DNA of 64,000 nt, taken from positions 2,089 through 66,088 of the forward strand of contig JAYEID010000002.1 of the NCBI GenBank assembly GCA_034659915.1, written 5' to 3'. The notes below the pieces were generated by a model that did no database searches, had not been told where the DNA came from, and saw only the letters and a list, made by a program, of their open reading frames with translations. The DNA comes from Patescibacteria group bacterium. GTDB taxonomy: Bacteria; Patescibacteriota; WWE3; JAUXAW01; JAYEID01. Position 1 is the first letter of the stretch. Each line of letters opens with the position of its first letter. The position numbers and the translations under genes were made by a program. Below are positions 38,883 through 47,307 of this stretch, piece by piece.

Positions 38883-38918
38883 GCTCGCAAGACCCGTCCT
38901 TGCAAACGTCCTTGCAAA
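38883..38918. repeat. family-C half-site (gctcgcaagacccgtcctt plus duplicated cgtccttgcaa), left-hand inverted terminus flanking RAYT-1
   Basis: gctcgcaagacccgtccttgcaaacgtccttgcaa. Inverted relative to 38165-38198. Confidence 0.75.
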
Positions 38919-38921
38919 ATA

Positions 38922-41036
38922 CTATTCGCAGAGCGTTTTGCCGTTTGGGTATGTACTTTCTTTCCCGTAGATTTTGGTTATTGGGTGGTTAGCGATGAAG
39001 TATGTTTTTAGTTCTATGTAGCTATCCAGAGTTTTGTCTAGACTTTCGTAGTACCAGCTGATAGGAGCCTCGACTATAATTATATTATCTGCGTCTTTTT
39101 CAAAAACGTTTTCTTGGTCTGCAATTGGTTCTTTTCCAAGGTAAAAAGCGGGAATGCGAGCCTTCTCGTTGGTACTGTAGCTCCCTGTTAAACAACCGTT
39201 TTTGTAAAGCTTTGCTATCTTTTCCCAACCACGTCTGTGTGGGAAACCAAAGATTCCTTGGACTTTGTTGGCAAGATTTTTGTCAATACTAATCATTTCT
39301 CGACCAAAAACTTTTTTACTTCCCCACATATATTCGGGTCTTTTTTCGACGAAGATTTTGTGGTTGTAGGTTAGCGTTGTAGTAGTAATATAGATACCGA
39401 CTAATACTGTAATAAGTTGGACTGCCCGCCCAATTCCCCAGAACCAGGTTCTGGGACCGGTCTTAGAACCTGATTCTTTTCCTTGGCCAGCTCTAGACTT
39501 TGCGTTGAGAAGGGAAAAGGTTTTCGCAATCGTATAACCTGAAAGGATAAACAAGGGGATAAAGATAATATAAACATGGGTGCGGGGAGTTTTGTTGAAG
39601 AACAAGTAAAAACAAGAAGAAGCTAGAAACCAGGCAAAAAGGCTGGCTTTGATTTTATCAATTTTTGGGGTAAAGAAAAGAACGCCAAGGGTAATTAGGG
39701 TTAAAGTGTAAAACATTAAAGTGGATCCGCGCGGTTTGATCCATTGGGTAGAAAACCAGAAGGTGAAAATTAAGGTAACAGGTAATAGGTAATAGGTGAT
39801 AGGGATTAGTTTGCGGAAGGCGGAGAGCGGTGTGCGGAAAGCGGATGTATTTTTGAGAAGAGGGAATTGAGAATTGCGAATGATGAAATATAGAGAAAGG
39901 CAAGAAAGAATTACCAACGCAAAAATCATCTCTTTCGGCATATAGAATTTCATAAGAATTTTGCTATAAAGGGTGCGGGGCATGAAACCACTCCCTAGGA
40001 CTCTTCTTTGCAAATAGTTTGAGGTTTCTCCGGCGGTGGAGTTTAGAAAAAAGGGAACGTAGAAACTTGCTGTTAGAATTAGAAAAGGTGTGAAGAAGGC
40101 TAGGGCTTTCTTTTTCCAAAATCCAAGCTTTATAGAATTGCAGTCATTCTGAGGTCTCCCGGGCTGCTGGGAGGCCGAAGAATCCTCTGCTGTATGCTGC
40201 GTGCTTTGTTGTAGGTGGTCTTTAGTCGCGGGGGATTCTTCGTCGTTTGGAGACTCACTCCTCAGAATGACACGGGATATTAGATCTTTTCCGAAATAGA
40301 AGCAAATAAAGGCAAGGAAGGTTAGCGCGTCGTAGTGGGCGAGTACTGCAATTCCGAAGAGTAATCCGGCTAAACAAAAGTAGCCGCATTCCCCAGCCCC
40401 TGGGGCTGCAGTCAAAGAAGCCCCAGGGGCTTCTCCTGCGGCGGCCGGGGAATCGCCCGGCTTTGATTTTATATTTGCAATTCCAAACAACGATCCTGCT
40501 AGTGGAAGCTGCCCAATTCCCCAGAACCAGGTTCTGGGACCGGTCTTAGAACCTGGTTCTTTTCCTTGGCCAGCCTTTTTGTTCTCAACAGCAAGGAGAA
40601 ATAAGATAATTAAACCAAGTAACAACTGCACAAAGGCTTGGTATTGGGTAATCCTTGAAAAAGCAATGAACAGACCGTTAGTTCCTGCTAGTGCTGCACT
40701 AAGTATGCCTGCCCAATTGTTTTTTGTGAGCTTTCGTGTAACTTCGAAAAGTACATAGACAAAGGCAATACCAGCAAGGGCGTAAGGCAGGCGAATTATC
40801 CATTCTTCCCAGGTACCTGTTAAGTTATATGTCAACCAATTGATAACAAATTGTAAAGGGCCTTTATCGCGGCTCAGGAGGTATTGAATAAAGCTGCCCT
40901 GAAAGTAACGGAAGTCTAGAGTAAGAATTTCGTCACCTTGGTATTCCGCGTATCCTAAATCCTGCAACCGAACCCAGGCGGAGTAGGCGAGCGTGATGAT
41001 AAGTGTTATCTTTTGTGTTAGTTTTAGTTTTTTCAT
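38922..41036 (-). CDS. multi-pass membrane protein (GT-C-like) carrying two family-B and one family-A in-frame inserts
   Basis: TM-rich throughout. The peptide AGQGKESGSKTGPRTWFWGIG occurs twice, encoded by family-B elements at 39431-39490 and 40514-40573. AAAGEAPGASLTAAPGAGECG is encoded by a family-A element at 40384-40444. Confidence 0.5.
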   Translation of the reverse strand: MKKLKLTQKITLIITLAYSAWVRLQDLGYAEYQGDEILTLDFRYFQGSFIQYLLSRDKGPLQFVINWLTYNLTGTWEEWIIRLPYALAGIAFVYVLFEVTRKLTKNNWAGILSAALAGTNGLFIAFSRITQYQAFVQLLLGLIILFLLAVENKKAGQGKEPGSKTGPRTWFWGIGQLPLAGSLFGIANIKSKPGDSPAAAGEAPGASLTAAPGAGECGYFCLAGLLFGIAVLAHYDALTFLAFICFYFGKDLISRVILRSESPNDEESPATKDHLQQSTQHTAEDSSASQQPGRPQNDCNSIKLGFWKKKALAFFTPFLILTASFYVPFFLNSTAGETSNYLQRRVLGSGFMPRTLYSKILMKFYMPKEMIFALVILSCLSLYFIIRNSQFPLLKNTSAFRTPLSAFRKLIPITYYLLPVTLIFTFWFSTQWIKPRGSTLMFYTLTLITLGVLFFTPKIDKIKASLFAWFLASSCFYLFFNKTPRTHVYIIFIPLFILSGYTIAKTFSLLNAKSRAGQGKESGSKTGPRTWFWGIGRAVQLITVLVGIYITTTTLTYNHKIFVEKRPEYMWGSKKVFGREMISIDKNLANKVQGIFGFPHRRGWEKIAKLYKNGCLTGSYSTNEKARIPAFYLGKEPIADQENVFEKDADNIIIVEAPISWYYESLDKTLDSYIELKTYFIANHPITKIYGKESTYPNGKTLCE
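39431..39490. repeat. family-B palindromic element (CCAGGTTCTGGGACCGGTCTTAGAACCTG), in-frame in CDS 38922..41036
   Basis: caattccccagaaccaggttctgggaccggtcttagaacctgattcttttccttggccag. Copies at 40514-40573 (same gene) and 55030-55090 (plus-strand gene). Confidence 0.8.
40384..40444. repeat. family-A element in-frame in CDS 38922..41036
   Basis: ccgcattccccagcccctggggctgcagtcaaagaagccccaggggcttctcctgcggcgg. Confidence 0.85.
40514..40573. repeat. family-B element, second copy in same CDS
   Basis: caattccccagaaccaggttctgggaccggtcttagaacctggttcttttccttggccag. Confidence 0.8.
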
Positions 41037-41063
41037 TTTCTATTTCGAGTTAATTAAAAATCT

Positions 41064-41270
41064 CTTTTCCCTTTTCGAGCGATTCTTGGAGCGAGAAATC
41101 ACAGTAAGAGAATTTATTCCTATTTTGACTTAATGAGACTTTCCGCTTTGTTGGGATTCGTTCGAAATGGTCCATAGGGTTACTTACCTTTTCGAAGGAG
41201 TCCCGACTGAGGAATCACAATATAAGAAGATCCCTATTTTGATTTCTCCCCAGGCCTCGAAAAGGGAATT
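41064..41270. repeat. two tandem ~100-bp repeat units (TTTTCCCTTTTCGAGCGATTCTTGGAGCGAGAAATCACA...TTTATTCCTATTTTGATTTCTC) upstream-flanking GIY-YIG gene
   Basis: The units share a conserved TTTTCGAG...CTCGAAA inverted pair. Two further copies lie at 41590-41775. Confidence 0.7.
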
Positions 41271-41276
41271 GTAGAT

Positions 41277-41585
41277 TCAAGGTTCTTTCCAAGTTGTCTT
41301 AATTGTTTCATTCAGATGTTCTATTTGTTTTTTTCTTTCTTCTGACATATTGTCGATTAGATCTTCCTTCTTCTTTTGGCTATAGTCTTTGATTTGCCTT
41401 TCTCGTTTCAGGGCCTCTCTTTTAGTATCACACATTTCAAAATAAACTAATTTCAACGGTCTTCTTGTTTTGGTATAACTAGGGCCAAGGCCATTGTGGT
41501 GCTTCCAGAATCTTAACTTTAGATCGTTGGTCATCCCAGTATAATATCGTGCAGTTCTAAGTTTAAGTATGTAAATGAAAAACAT
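41277..41585 (-). CDS. GIY-YIG nuclease family protein (102 aa)
   Basis: FFIYILKLRTARYYTGMTNDLKLRFWKHHNG (GIY/YIG-type N-motif; R...H.N) plus a basic C-terminus. Confidence 0.7.
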   Translation of the reverse strand: MFFIYILKLRTARYYTGMTNDLKLRFWKHHNGLGPSYTKTRRPLKLVYFEMCDTKREALKRERQIKDYSQKKKEDLIDNMSEERKKQIEHLNETIKTTWKEP

Positions 41586-41589
41586 TTTA

Positions 41590-41775
41590 TTTCTTCCTTT
41601 TCGAGCGATTCTTGGAGCGAGAAATCACAATAAAAGGATTTATTCCTATTTTGATTTCTCAGAGTATTTCGAAATGGGTGATAGGTTTATTTCCCTTTTC
41701 GAGTGATTCTTAGAGCGAGAAATCACAAAAGAAAGATTTTTCCTATTTTGATTTCTCGGCAGACCTCGAAATGGA
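41590..41775. repeat. two further tandem copies of the ~100-bp repeat flanking the GIY-YIG gene
   Basis: ttccttttcgagcgattcttggagcgagaaatcacaataaaaggatttattcctattttgatttctc / tttcccttttcgagtgattcttagagcgagaaatcacaaaagaaagatttttcctattttgatttctc. Confidence 0.7.
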
Positions 41776-43167
41776 TCTGTTGCCCTGAAAAGTTTCTAGA
41801 TAAGTTTCTGCAACAGCTTCCCACCTATAACCCTTCGCCATTTCTTTCGCATTTTCTGCTAAGTTTCTGCGTAATTCTGCATTCTTTTCTAATCTTATCA
41901 TCTCTTCCGCGAGTTCCTCGGCGTTTTTAGTTTCGAAGAGAAGTGCGGTTTTTCCATCTTCAAGTATTTCGGCGAGGCCCCCAGTCTTAGAGGCAATTAT
42001 TGGTTTACCTGCTGCTGCTAACTCTAAGGCAACAATGCCGAAGGGTTCTCTGTACGAGGGGATAATTGTAAAGTTTGCGTTTTGTATGTATTGAAGCAGT
42101 TCGATCCCTGATTTGAATCCCACAAAGCTGATTTTTTCCTCTAGGTTTTTTACTTTTACTAATTTTTCTAATTCTTTGCGGCTGGTACCGTCGCCGACAA
42201 TAACTAAATTACTGTTCAACTCGTCTTCTACTTTTGCGTAGGCTTTGATTAAGGTATCCACACCTTTTTTTGGTACTAGACGGCCGAGGTAAAGAATGTA
42301 GGGGGAAAGACTCGCCAATTTTTGAGGGTCGGCTAACTTCTCAACCGCCGCACCTGCCTGCCGGCAAGGCAGGTTCCCTAGCCTCTGGGGCTGCGGAAAA
42401 GAAGCCCCAGGGGCTTCTCCTGCGGCGGCGCAGGCACCTACTTGGGCTAAGGGGCAGCCGGTGCAGGATGATTTTGTGGGTGATAAGTCCCGTCCTTTTT
42501 GTAAGGACGGGACTTTACTTTTTAAAAGGTCTCCGATTTGGAAAAATTTTTGGTCAACACCGTTAGCAATTATTTCAATTTTCTTCTCGGCTTGGGGAAA
42601 GTTATTGGTAAGGTCTTCTTTTATGTATTCGGAGTTAACAATAATTTTTCTTGCGCGGTTAATTAGTTTTTTTAGGAAGAACCGGTACCACAGCTTTTTT
42701 CCAAAAACTTGTAGATCATTGCCGTGGATGTTGAGGATTAGAGGTGCAGGGTTGGGTGAGAATAGGTCGCCGCATTCCTCAGCCCCAGGGGCTGGGTCCG
42801 CAGAAGCCCCTGGGGCTTCTCCTGCGGCTAACGCTAACCAGACATAGACCGAGGAATCGTCCGGAAAGTGGTAGTTGACAATGTCCGGGTTATATTTAGA
42901 AACAAGTCGAACGAGATTGGTTAGACCGGTTAGGAAACGAAAGGGGAACGCAAGGAAACCCAGAAGTGATCGCGGTAAGTTTAACCAGACTCGTTGAACA
43001 TCTATGCCGTCCACTTGAGCTTTTTTCTCTTTTGCCTTACCCATTTGGGAAGCAATAACTAATACTTCATGACCCTTTGCTTTAAATTCTTTTGCCAGAT
43101 TTAAAACAACATTTTCGACCCCTCCAGTAAAAGGAAAAAATCTGGAAGAAATTAAAAGTATTTTCAT
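41743..43167 (-). CDS. glycosyltransferase family 4 (GT-B) carrying two family-A inserts and one family-C insert
   Basis: MKILLISSRFFPFTGGVENVV N-terminus; C-terminal EPFGIVALELAAAGKPIIASKTGG (E-x7-E). Inserts are translated as LAAGEAPGASADPAPGAEECGDL (42769-42828), GACAAAGEAPGASFPQPQRLGNLPCRQAGAAV (42354-42428) and KVPSLQKGRDLSP (42485-42517). Confidence 0.8.
   Translation of the reverse strand: MKILLISSRFFPFTGGVENVVLNLAKEFKAKGHEVLVIASQMGKAKEKKAQVDGIDVQRVWLNLPRSLLGFLAFPFRFLTGLTNLVRLVSKYNPDIVNYHFPDDSSVYVWLALAAGEAPGASADPAPGAEECGDLFSPNPAPLILNIHGNDLQVFGKKLWYRFFLKKLINRARKIIVNSEYIKEDLTNNFPQAEKKIEIIANGVDQKFFQIGDLLKSKVPSLQKGRDLSPTKSSCTGCPLAQVGACAAAGEAPGASFPQPQRLGNLPCRQAGAAVEKLADPQKLASLSPYILYLGRLVPKKGVDTLIKAYAKVEDELNSNLVIVGDGTSRKELEKLVKVKNLEEKISFVGFKSGIELLQYIQNANFTIIPSYREPFGIVALELAAAGKPIIASKTGGLAEILEDGKTALLFETKNAEELAEEMIRLEKNAELRRNLAENAKEMAKGYRWEAVAETYLETFQGNRSISRSAEKSK
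42354..42428. repeat. composite family-D hairpin plus family-A element, in-frame in GT4 gene
   Basis: ctgcctgccggcaaggcaggttccctagcctctggggctgcggaaaagaagccccaggggcttctcctgcggcgg. Confidence 0.8.
42485..42517. repeat. family-C full hairpin (AAGTCCCGTCCTTtttgtAAGGACGGGACTT), in-frame in GT4 gene
   Basis: aagtcccgtcctttttgtaaggacgggacttta. Near-identical copies at 63758-63791, 55603-55642 and 38686-38722. Confidence 0.85.
42769..42828. repeat. family-A element in-frame in GT4 gene
   Basis: gccgcattcctcagccccaggggctgggtccgcagaagcccctggggcttctcctgcggc. Confidence 0.85.
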
Positions 43168-43203
43168 TAGGGTAAGAATAGCATATTTGGTTGGTAGTTC
43201 TAG

Positions 43204-45036
43204 TTGTGCTTTAATAGAGGTGTGAAGATAAAGAAGCTCTGGCGTGAAATTTCTATTTTTCTTTTCTCTGTTTTTTTGCGCTTGCCAAAGCTTGGCACGG
43301 GAATTTTCAACGCAGATGCTTTTCGTTGGAAAGCGCGTTCCTATAATTTTTGTAGTGGTTTGTTTGGTTTAGACTTTGCACAAACTGTCCAGTCTTCGCA
43401 TCCTGGGGTTACGCTGATGTGGATTGGAACTGTGGGGATAAAAGTGTACAACGCATTTAACAGTTTATTTCGCGGTTCTTTACCTAGCGGAGATCAGCAA
43501 GTATTTGAATTGCACTTTGTGCAGAAGTTTTTTGTTGTGTTGGTATTTGCCGCTCTTTTTAGTTTTGCTTTTTACCTTTTGCGGAGATTGACAAACACTA
43601 CCATTGCTTTTTTTGCTGTGCTGCTTTTAACTTTTGAACCTCATTTTTTGGCTCACACTAGGATTTTTCATCTTGATGGGCTACTTTCCATGTTTATGTT
43701 TGTTTCTGTGTTGGCACTCCTGTGCTATTTCGAGTTTTCGGGGAATCAAAATAGGGAGGTCAGCGGCGGTGATGAAGGCCAGCCAATTCCTCAACTCCGG
43801 AGGTTAAATCGAACTGCCGCATTCCCAAGCCCCAGGGGCTTCTGCGGACCTAGCCCCTGGGGCTTTCCATGCAGCGGTTTTCCCTTGCTAGTGTGTTTGA
43901 TGCTTTCCGCGGTGTTTGCTGGCCTGGCTTTGCTTACTAAAAGCACCGCCTTATTTCTTATTCCTTTTGTGGGTCTGTTTGTGTTATTGGAATTATTTTT
44001 AAAAAGGGTTCGTCCAGCCGCCTCTCTAATCTCCGAGGTTAAATCCGCAGAAACCTTGGAGGTTTTCCCGGCGGCCTCTTTGTGGAAGGAATATTTTTTG
44101 TCATTTGGGATTTGGATTTTGGTGCTTGCGGCAACTTTCACTGCTTTTTGGCCGGTAATGTGGGTGCAGCCTCTAAAAACTCTTCAACTTTATTATTCTG
44201 GTATTACTTTGGAAGGATTTGGCGGGCACGGAAACTACTTTTTTGGTCAACGGACTACAGATCCTGGACCCTTGTTTTATTTAATGAGCTTGTGGATTCG
44301 GTTGTCACCGTGGCTTTTGGTTCTGGTTGTTTATGAGGTTTTTTCTTGTACTGCAAAAACTCTAAGGTCTTTATGTCAAAAAGAAAAGTTGGGAGTTGTT
44401 TTAAAAAAGAAGGGTTTGACAGTGGCTTTTTCTCTTTTTGTCATTCTTTTTTACATTTTTATATCTGTTCCTTCCAAAAAGCTAGAAAGATATTCTTTGC
44501 CTTTGTACCCAGCCTTGGCTGTATTGGGTGGCGTTGGCCTGTATAATGCCAAGAAAATCTTGGTTGTTTGGCTGAAAAGGTTTGAACTCGGATTTTCAAA
44601 TCTCAAACAGGTTTTGATTTCTAGATTTAATGTAGTAGTGGCATTGTTGCTTTTTGTAGCCTTTATGGGTTCTACTCGAGGGTTGTTTCCGGATTATTTA
44701 GCTTACCGCTCGCCTTTGGCTGAGGGTTTGGAAGGTACTGTGGGTATAATACAGCCTGATTGGGTGTTTGGCGCTTCTCGAGTAGGTGAATTTTTTAATA
44801 GCTTGGAATTGGAAAAAACTCCTGTTGTTTATACTTTTAATCCTGGGCAGTTTCGACTATTTTTGCCTGGATATGTACGAGATACGCAAGATGTGGAAGG
44901 GCTGAGCACCGCAGACTTTATTATTCTTCCTGTTTGGTCGGAGCGTAATTTGGAAATAGATCCTGAGCTTTTTGATCTTGTTGAGGTGATAGAGGTTAAC
45001 AACACTCCTGTATATAATATTTACCAGGCGCGCTGA
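43204..45036 (+). CDS. GT-C-like membrane protein (HPGVTLMWIG paralog family) with a family-A insert read in an alternative frame
   Basis: FRWKARSYNF...HPGVTLMWIGTVG matches the 33572/35145 paralogs. The family-A element at 43817-43877 is translated here as RTAAFPSPRGFCGPSPWGFPCSG rather than the GEAPGAS-type peptide. Start codon is uncertain. Confidence 0.5.
   Translation: MCFNRGVKIKKLWREISIFLFSVFLRLPKLGTGIFNADAFRWKARSYNFCSGLFGLDFAQTVQSSHPGVTLMWIGTVGIKVYNAFNSLFRGSLPSGDQQVFELHFVQKFFVVLVFAALFSFAFYLLRRLTNTTIAFFAVLLLTFEPHFLAHTRIFHLDGLLSMFMFVSVLALLCYFEFSGNQNREVSGGDEGQPIPQLRRLNRTAAFPSPRGFCGPSPWGFPCSGFPLLVCLMLSAVFAGLALLTKSTALFLIPFVGLFVLLELFLKRVRPAASLISEVKSAETLEVFPAASLWKEYFLSFGIWILVLAATFTAFWPVMWVQPLKTLQLYYSGITLEGFGGHGNYFFGQRTTDPGPLFYLMSLWIRLSPWLLVLVVYEVFSCTAKTLRSLCQKEKLGVVLKKKGLTVAFSLFVILFYIFISVPSKKLERYSLPLYPALAVLGGVGLYNAKKILVVWLKRFELGFSNLKQVLISRFNVVVALLLFVAFMGSTRGLFPDYLAYRSPLAEGLEGTVGIIQPDWVFGASRVGEFFNSLELEKTPVVYTFNPGQFRLFLPGYVRDTQDVEGLSTADFIILPVWSERNLEIDPELFDLVEVIEVNNTPVYNIYQAR
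43817..43877. repeat. family-A element (variant arrangement) inside CDS 43204..45036
   Basis: ccgcattcccaagccccaggggcttctgcggacctagcccctggggctttccatgcagcgg. Confidence 0.8.
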
Positions 45037-45078
45037 GTACTTTTGGGGTGTAGCTACGAATAATAAGAATTTATTAAA

Positions 45079-47280
45079 ATGGATTTAAAATTATTTATTA
45101 GGAAAAATTTCTGGTTAATTTTGGTTTTGATTGCTGTTGGACTGCATTTGGCAGTGGCGCTCCGGTTAGCTTTTTTTTGGTACAACAATTACAATATTGG
45201 AAAGTTTGATTTGGGTAATGCTGCCCAGGTTGTTTATAACACACTTCAAGGTGACTTTTTTGTGTATACAAATGAATTTGGTGCGCAGATCAGCCGACTT
45301 TCAAACCACGCTGATTTTATCCTTCTCCTTTTTGTTCCTTTTTTTACTATTTTTAAGACTCCTTTGGTATTGGTTGTTGCTCAGTGCCTTGCTTTATCAA
45401 TAAGTGGGGTGGTTATTTATCTGCTTGCGCAGGAGTTTAATTTTTCCGAATTTGCTTCTTTTCTTTTTGCCGCTGCTTACTTGTTTAATGCAGATGTTGG
45501 TTATTTAGCTTTGGATGCTTTTCACGGTATAACTTTTGCTATTCCTTTTGTGCTGCTTAGTTTTTACTTCTTGGACAAGTACTCTAAGAGCCTGAAAAAG
45601 CGAGATTTAATTTGGTTTTTGCTCATGGCTTTTTTGGTGCTTATTTCTAAGGAGCAGACATCGCTTTTTATTGCTCTCTTGGGTTTGTACGCAGTATTTG
45701 TAAAGAAGCAAGCTAAATTGGGGTGGGGTTTATTTTCTGTGGGAGTGCTTTGGTTTGTTGGATACTTTTTTGTTGTTTCTCCTGCTTTTGGTGAGGCGCG
45801 GATTCAAAGTGCAGAAGTGTATATGCAACAGTTGGGGTTGGGAGCAGAATTGGGGGTAGATTTGCGGGAGAACCCTTTTATTTCTCGTTATGCGCACTTG
45901 GGGGATAGTTTGATTGATCTTGTTACTTTTCCTATTAGAAAGCCTTTTTTATTTCTTTCTGCAGCTTTTGATTGGAAGTATTTAAAAAGAATTTTGCTTC
46001 CTTGGGGATTTTTGCCGCTATTTGCTCCCGGTGCGCTTATTTTGGCTGTTCCCCAGTATTTGATAAATGTTCTCTCGCAGGGCGCTTTTATGACCCACCG
46101 CCACTATGGTGTTTTACATTATATTTCTTTAATCATTCCAATTGTAGCTTATGCTGCTGTTCTAGGTGCAGATAGAGTGAAAAAGTTATTACGGAAAGGT
46201 AGTTATAAGTTAGAATATTTGCCAGCTTTGGCAGTTTTTGTTTTTTCAGTTTTTGTGGCATGGAATGCAGAAAATCCTGTTGTGGTTAACCCAGTGGTAA
46301 TTGGTAGAAGCGATGTCTTGCTAGTGGTTAGGAAATGGGCAGAAGAGCAAGAATTGGAAAGGCTTGCTGCTCTGTTGGGTGGCACGAGTTCTGGTGACGG
46401 GGATCGGGAGTCTTCTGCGGCAAGTGATAAAGAACCTGTGACAGATAGCGGTGATCGGGATGAAGTTGGAGCTACTGAAGAACCTGCAAAGCAAGTATTA
46501 AAGCCGCGAAAAGCTACTAGTGTGTATATTCTAAACCCCCGTCATAGTGGTGGGTACGATTTGGTTTTTGAATATTTAAAGGATAAATCAGGATCCATAA
46601 GTGGGCCAAATTCTCTTGGGGCAAAGCTGGTATTTAGAGATAATTATAATTTTTTTCCTTTACGCTGGCGGGATTCCAAATACGCGGTTGTGGATCTTAG
46701 CGGTCCTCCTAAGTTTTCGGGAAGTAGTGAAAAAAGTATTTCTCAACTTTTGCGTAAACTGCTTTGGGATTTAGAGGAAAGCGATTCTTTTGGGGTTGGT
46801 CTTTCCGGAAATGGTTTGGTTGTATTTGAAAATGGTTTGTCAGCTAGTCTTTATCAAGAGCTTGAACCACGGGTAGAGGAGGATTATGGTTGGTTAAGTC
46901 GCGATATTGTTGTTCGTAATTTTTCTGCTCCGGAGGAAGTTATGAAGGGCGAGGAGTTTAGTTTTGAGCTAGGATGGAGATGTTCTTTTGCAGATGAAAC
47001 CAAGCCTTGTGGAAACTCTTTAGGATCTATGCCCTTTGTGGCTTTGGTTCCCAACGGAGAAAAATTTACTAGTTTTTACGATGCTGTGTACGGAATTTTC
47101 TTGCCACTTGGCAGGGATGTGCACTTATCTCGCTTTGAGCAAACATTAGAAATTCCGCAAAATGTTTCTCCGGGGATTTATAAAATTTGTCTTGGTTGGT
47201 ATGAACTTATTCCCACAGAAATGTCAGGAAATGTTAAGCTGAAGGACGCCGTAGAGTTAGGGCAGGTAATTGTGAAATAA
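45079..47280 (+). CDS. DUF2079-like multi-pass membrane protein with large C-terminal soluble domain
   Basis: N-terminal FDLGNAAQVVYNTLQGDFFVYTNEFG...SRLSNHADFILLLFVPFF resembles the DUF2079 family often found beside PMT-like GT-C genes. No inserts noticed. Confidence 0.45.
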   Translation: MDLKLFIRKNFWLILVLIAVGLHLAVALRLAFFWYNNYNIGKFDLGNAAQVVYNTLQGDFFVYTNEFGAQISRLSNHADFILLLFVPFFTIFKTPLVLVVAQCLALSISGVVIYLLAQEFNFSEFASFLFAAAYLFNADVGYLALDAFHGITFAIPFVLLSFYFLDKYSKSLKKRDLIWFLLMAFLVLISKEQTSLFIALLGLYAVFVKKQAKLGWGLFSVGVLWFVGYFFVVSPAFGEARIQSAEVYMQQLGLGAELGVDLRENPFISRYAHLGDSLIDLVTFPIRKPFLFLSAAFDWKYLKRILLPWGFLPLFAPGALILAVPQYLINVLSQGAFMTHRHYGVLHYISLIIPIVAYAAVLGADRVKKLLRKGSYKLEYLPALAVFVFSVFVAWNAENPVVVNPVVIGRSDVLLVVRKWAEEQELERLAALLGGTSSGDGDRESSAASDKEPVTDSGDRDEVGATEEPAKQVLKPRKATSVYILNPRHSGGYDLVFEYLKDKSGSISGPNSLGAKLVFRDNYNFFPLRWRDSKYAVVDLSGPPKFSGSSEKSISQLLRKLLWDLEESDSFGVGLSGNGLVVFENGLSASLYQELEPRVEEDYGWLSRDIVVRNFSAPEEVMKGEEFSFELGWRCSFADETKPCGNSLGSMPFVALVPNGEKFTSFYDAVYGIFLPLGRDVHLSRFEQTLEIPQNVSPGIYKICLGWYELIPTEMSGNVKLKDAVELGQVIVK

Positions 47281-47307
47281 GGATTTATTTTATTTTTTTC
47301 AAATGTT

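Noticed and set aside
41064-41775. Possible CRISPR array (regularly spaced repeats around a small gene)
   Set aside because: The units are about 100 bp and conserved along their whole length, including the would-be spacer part (TTTATTCCTATTTTGATTTCTC recurs). There are no short unique spacers, and the array is interrupted by a GIY-YIG CDS. It is a satellite-like direct repeat, not CRISPR.
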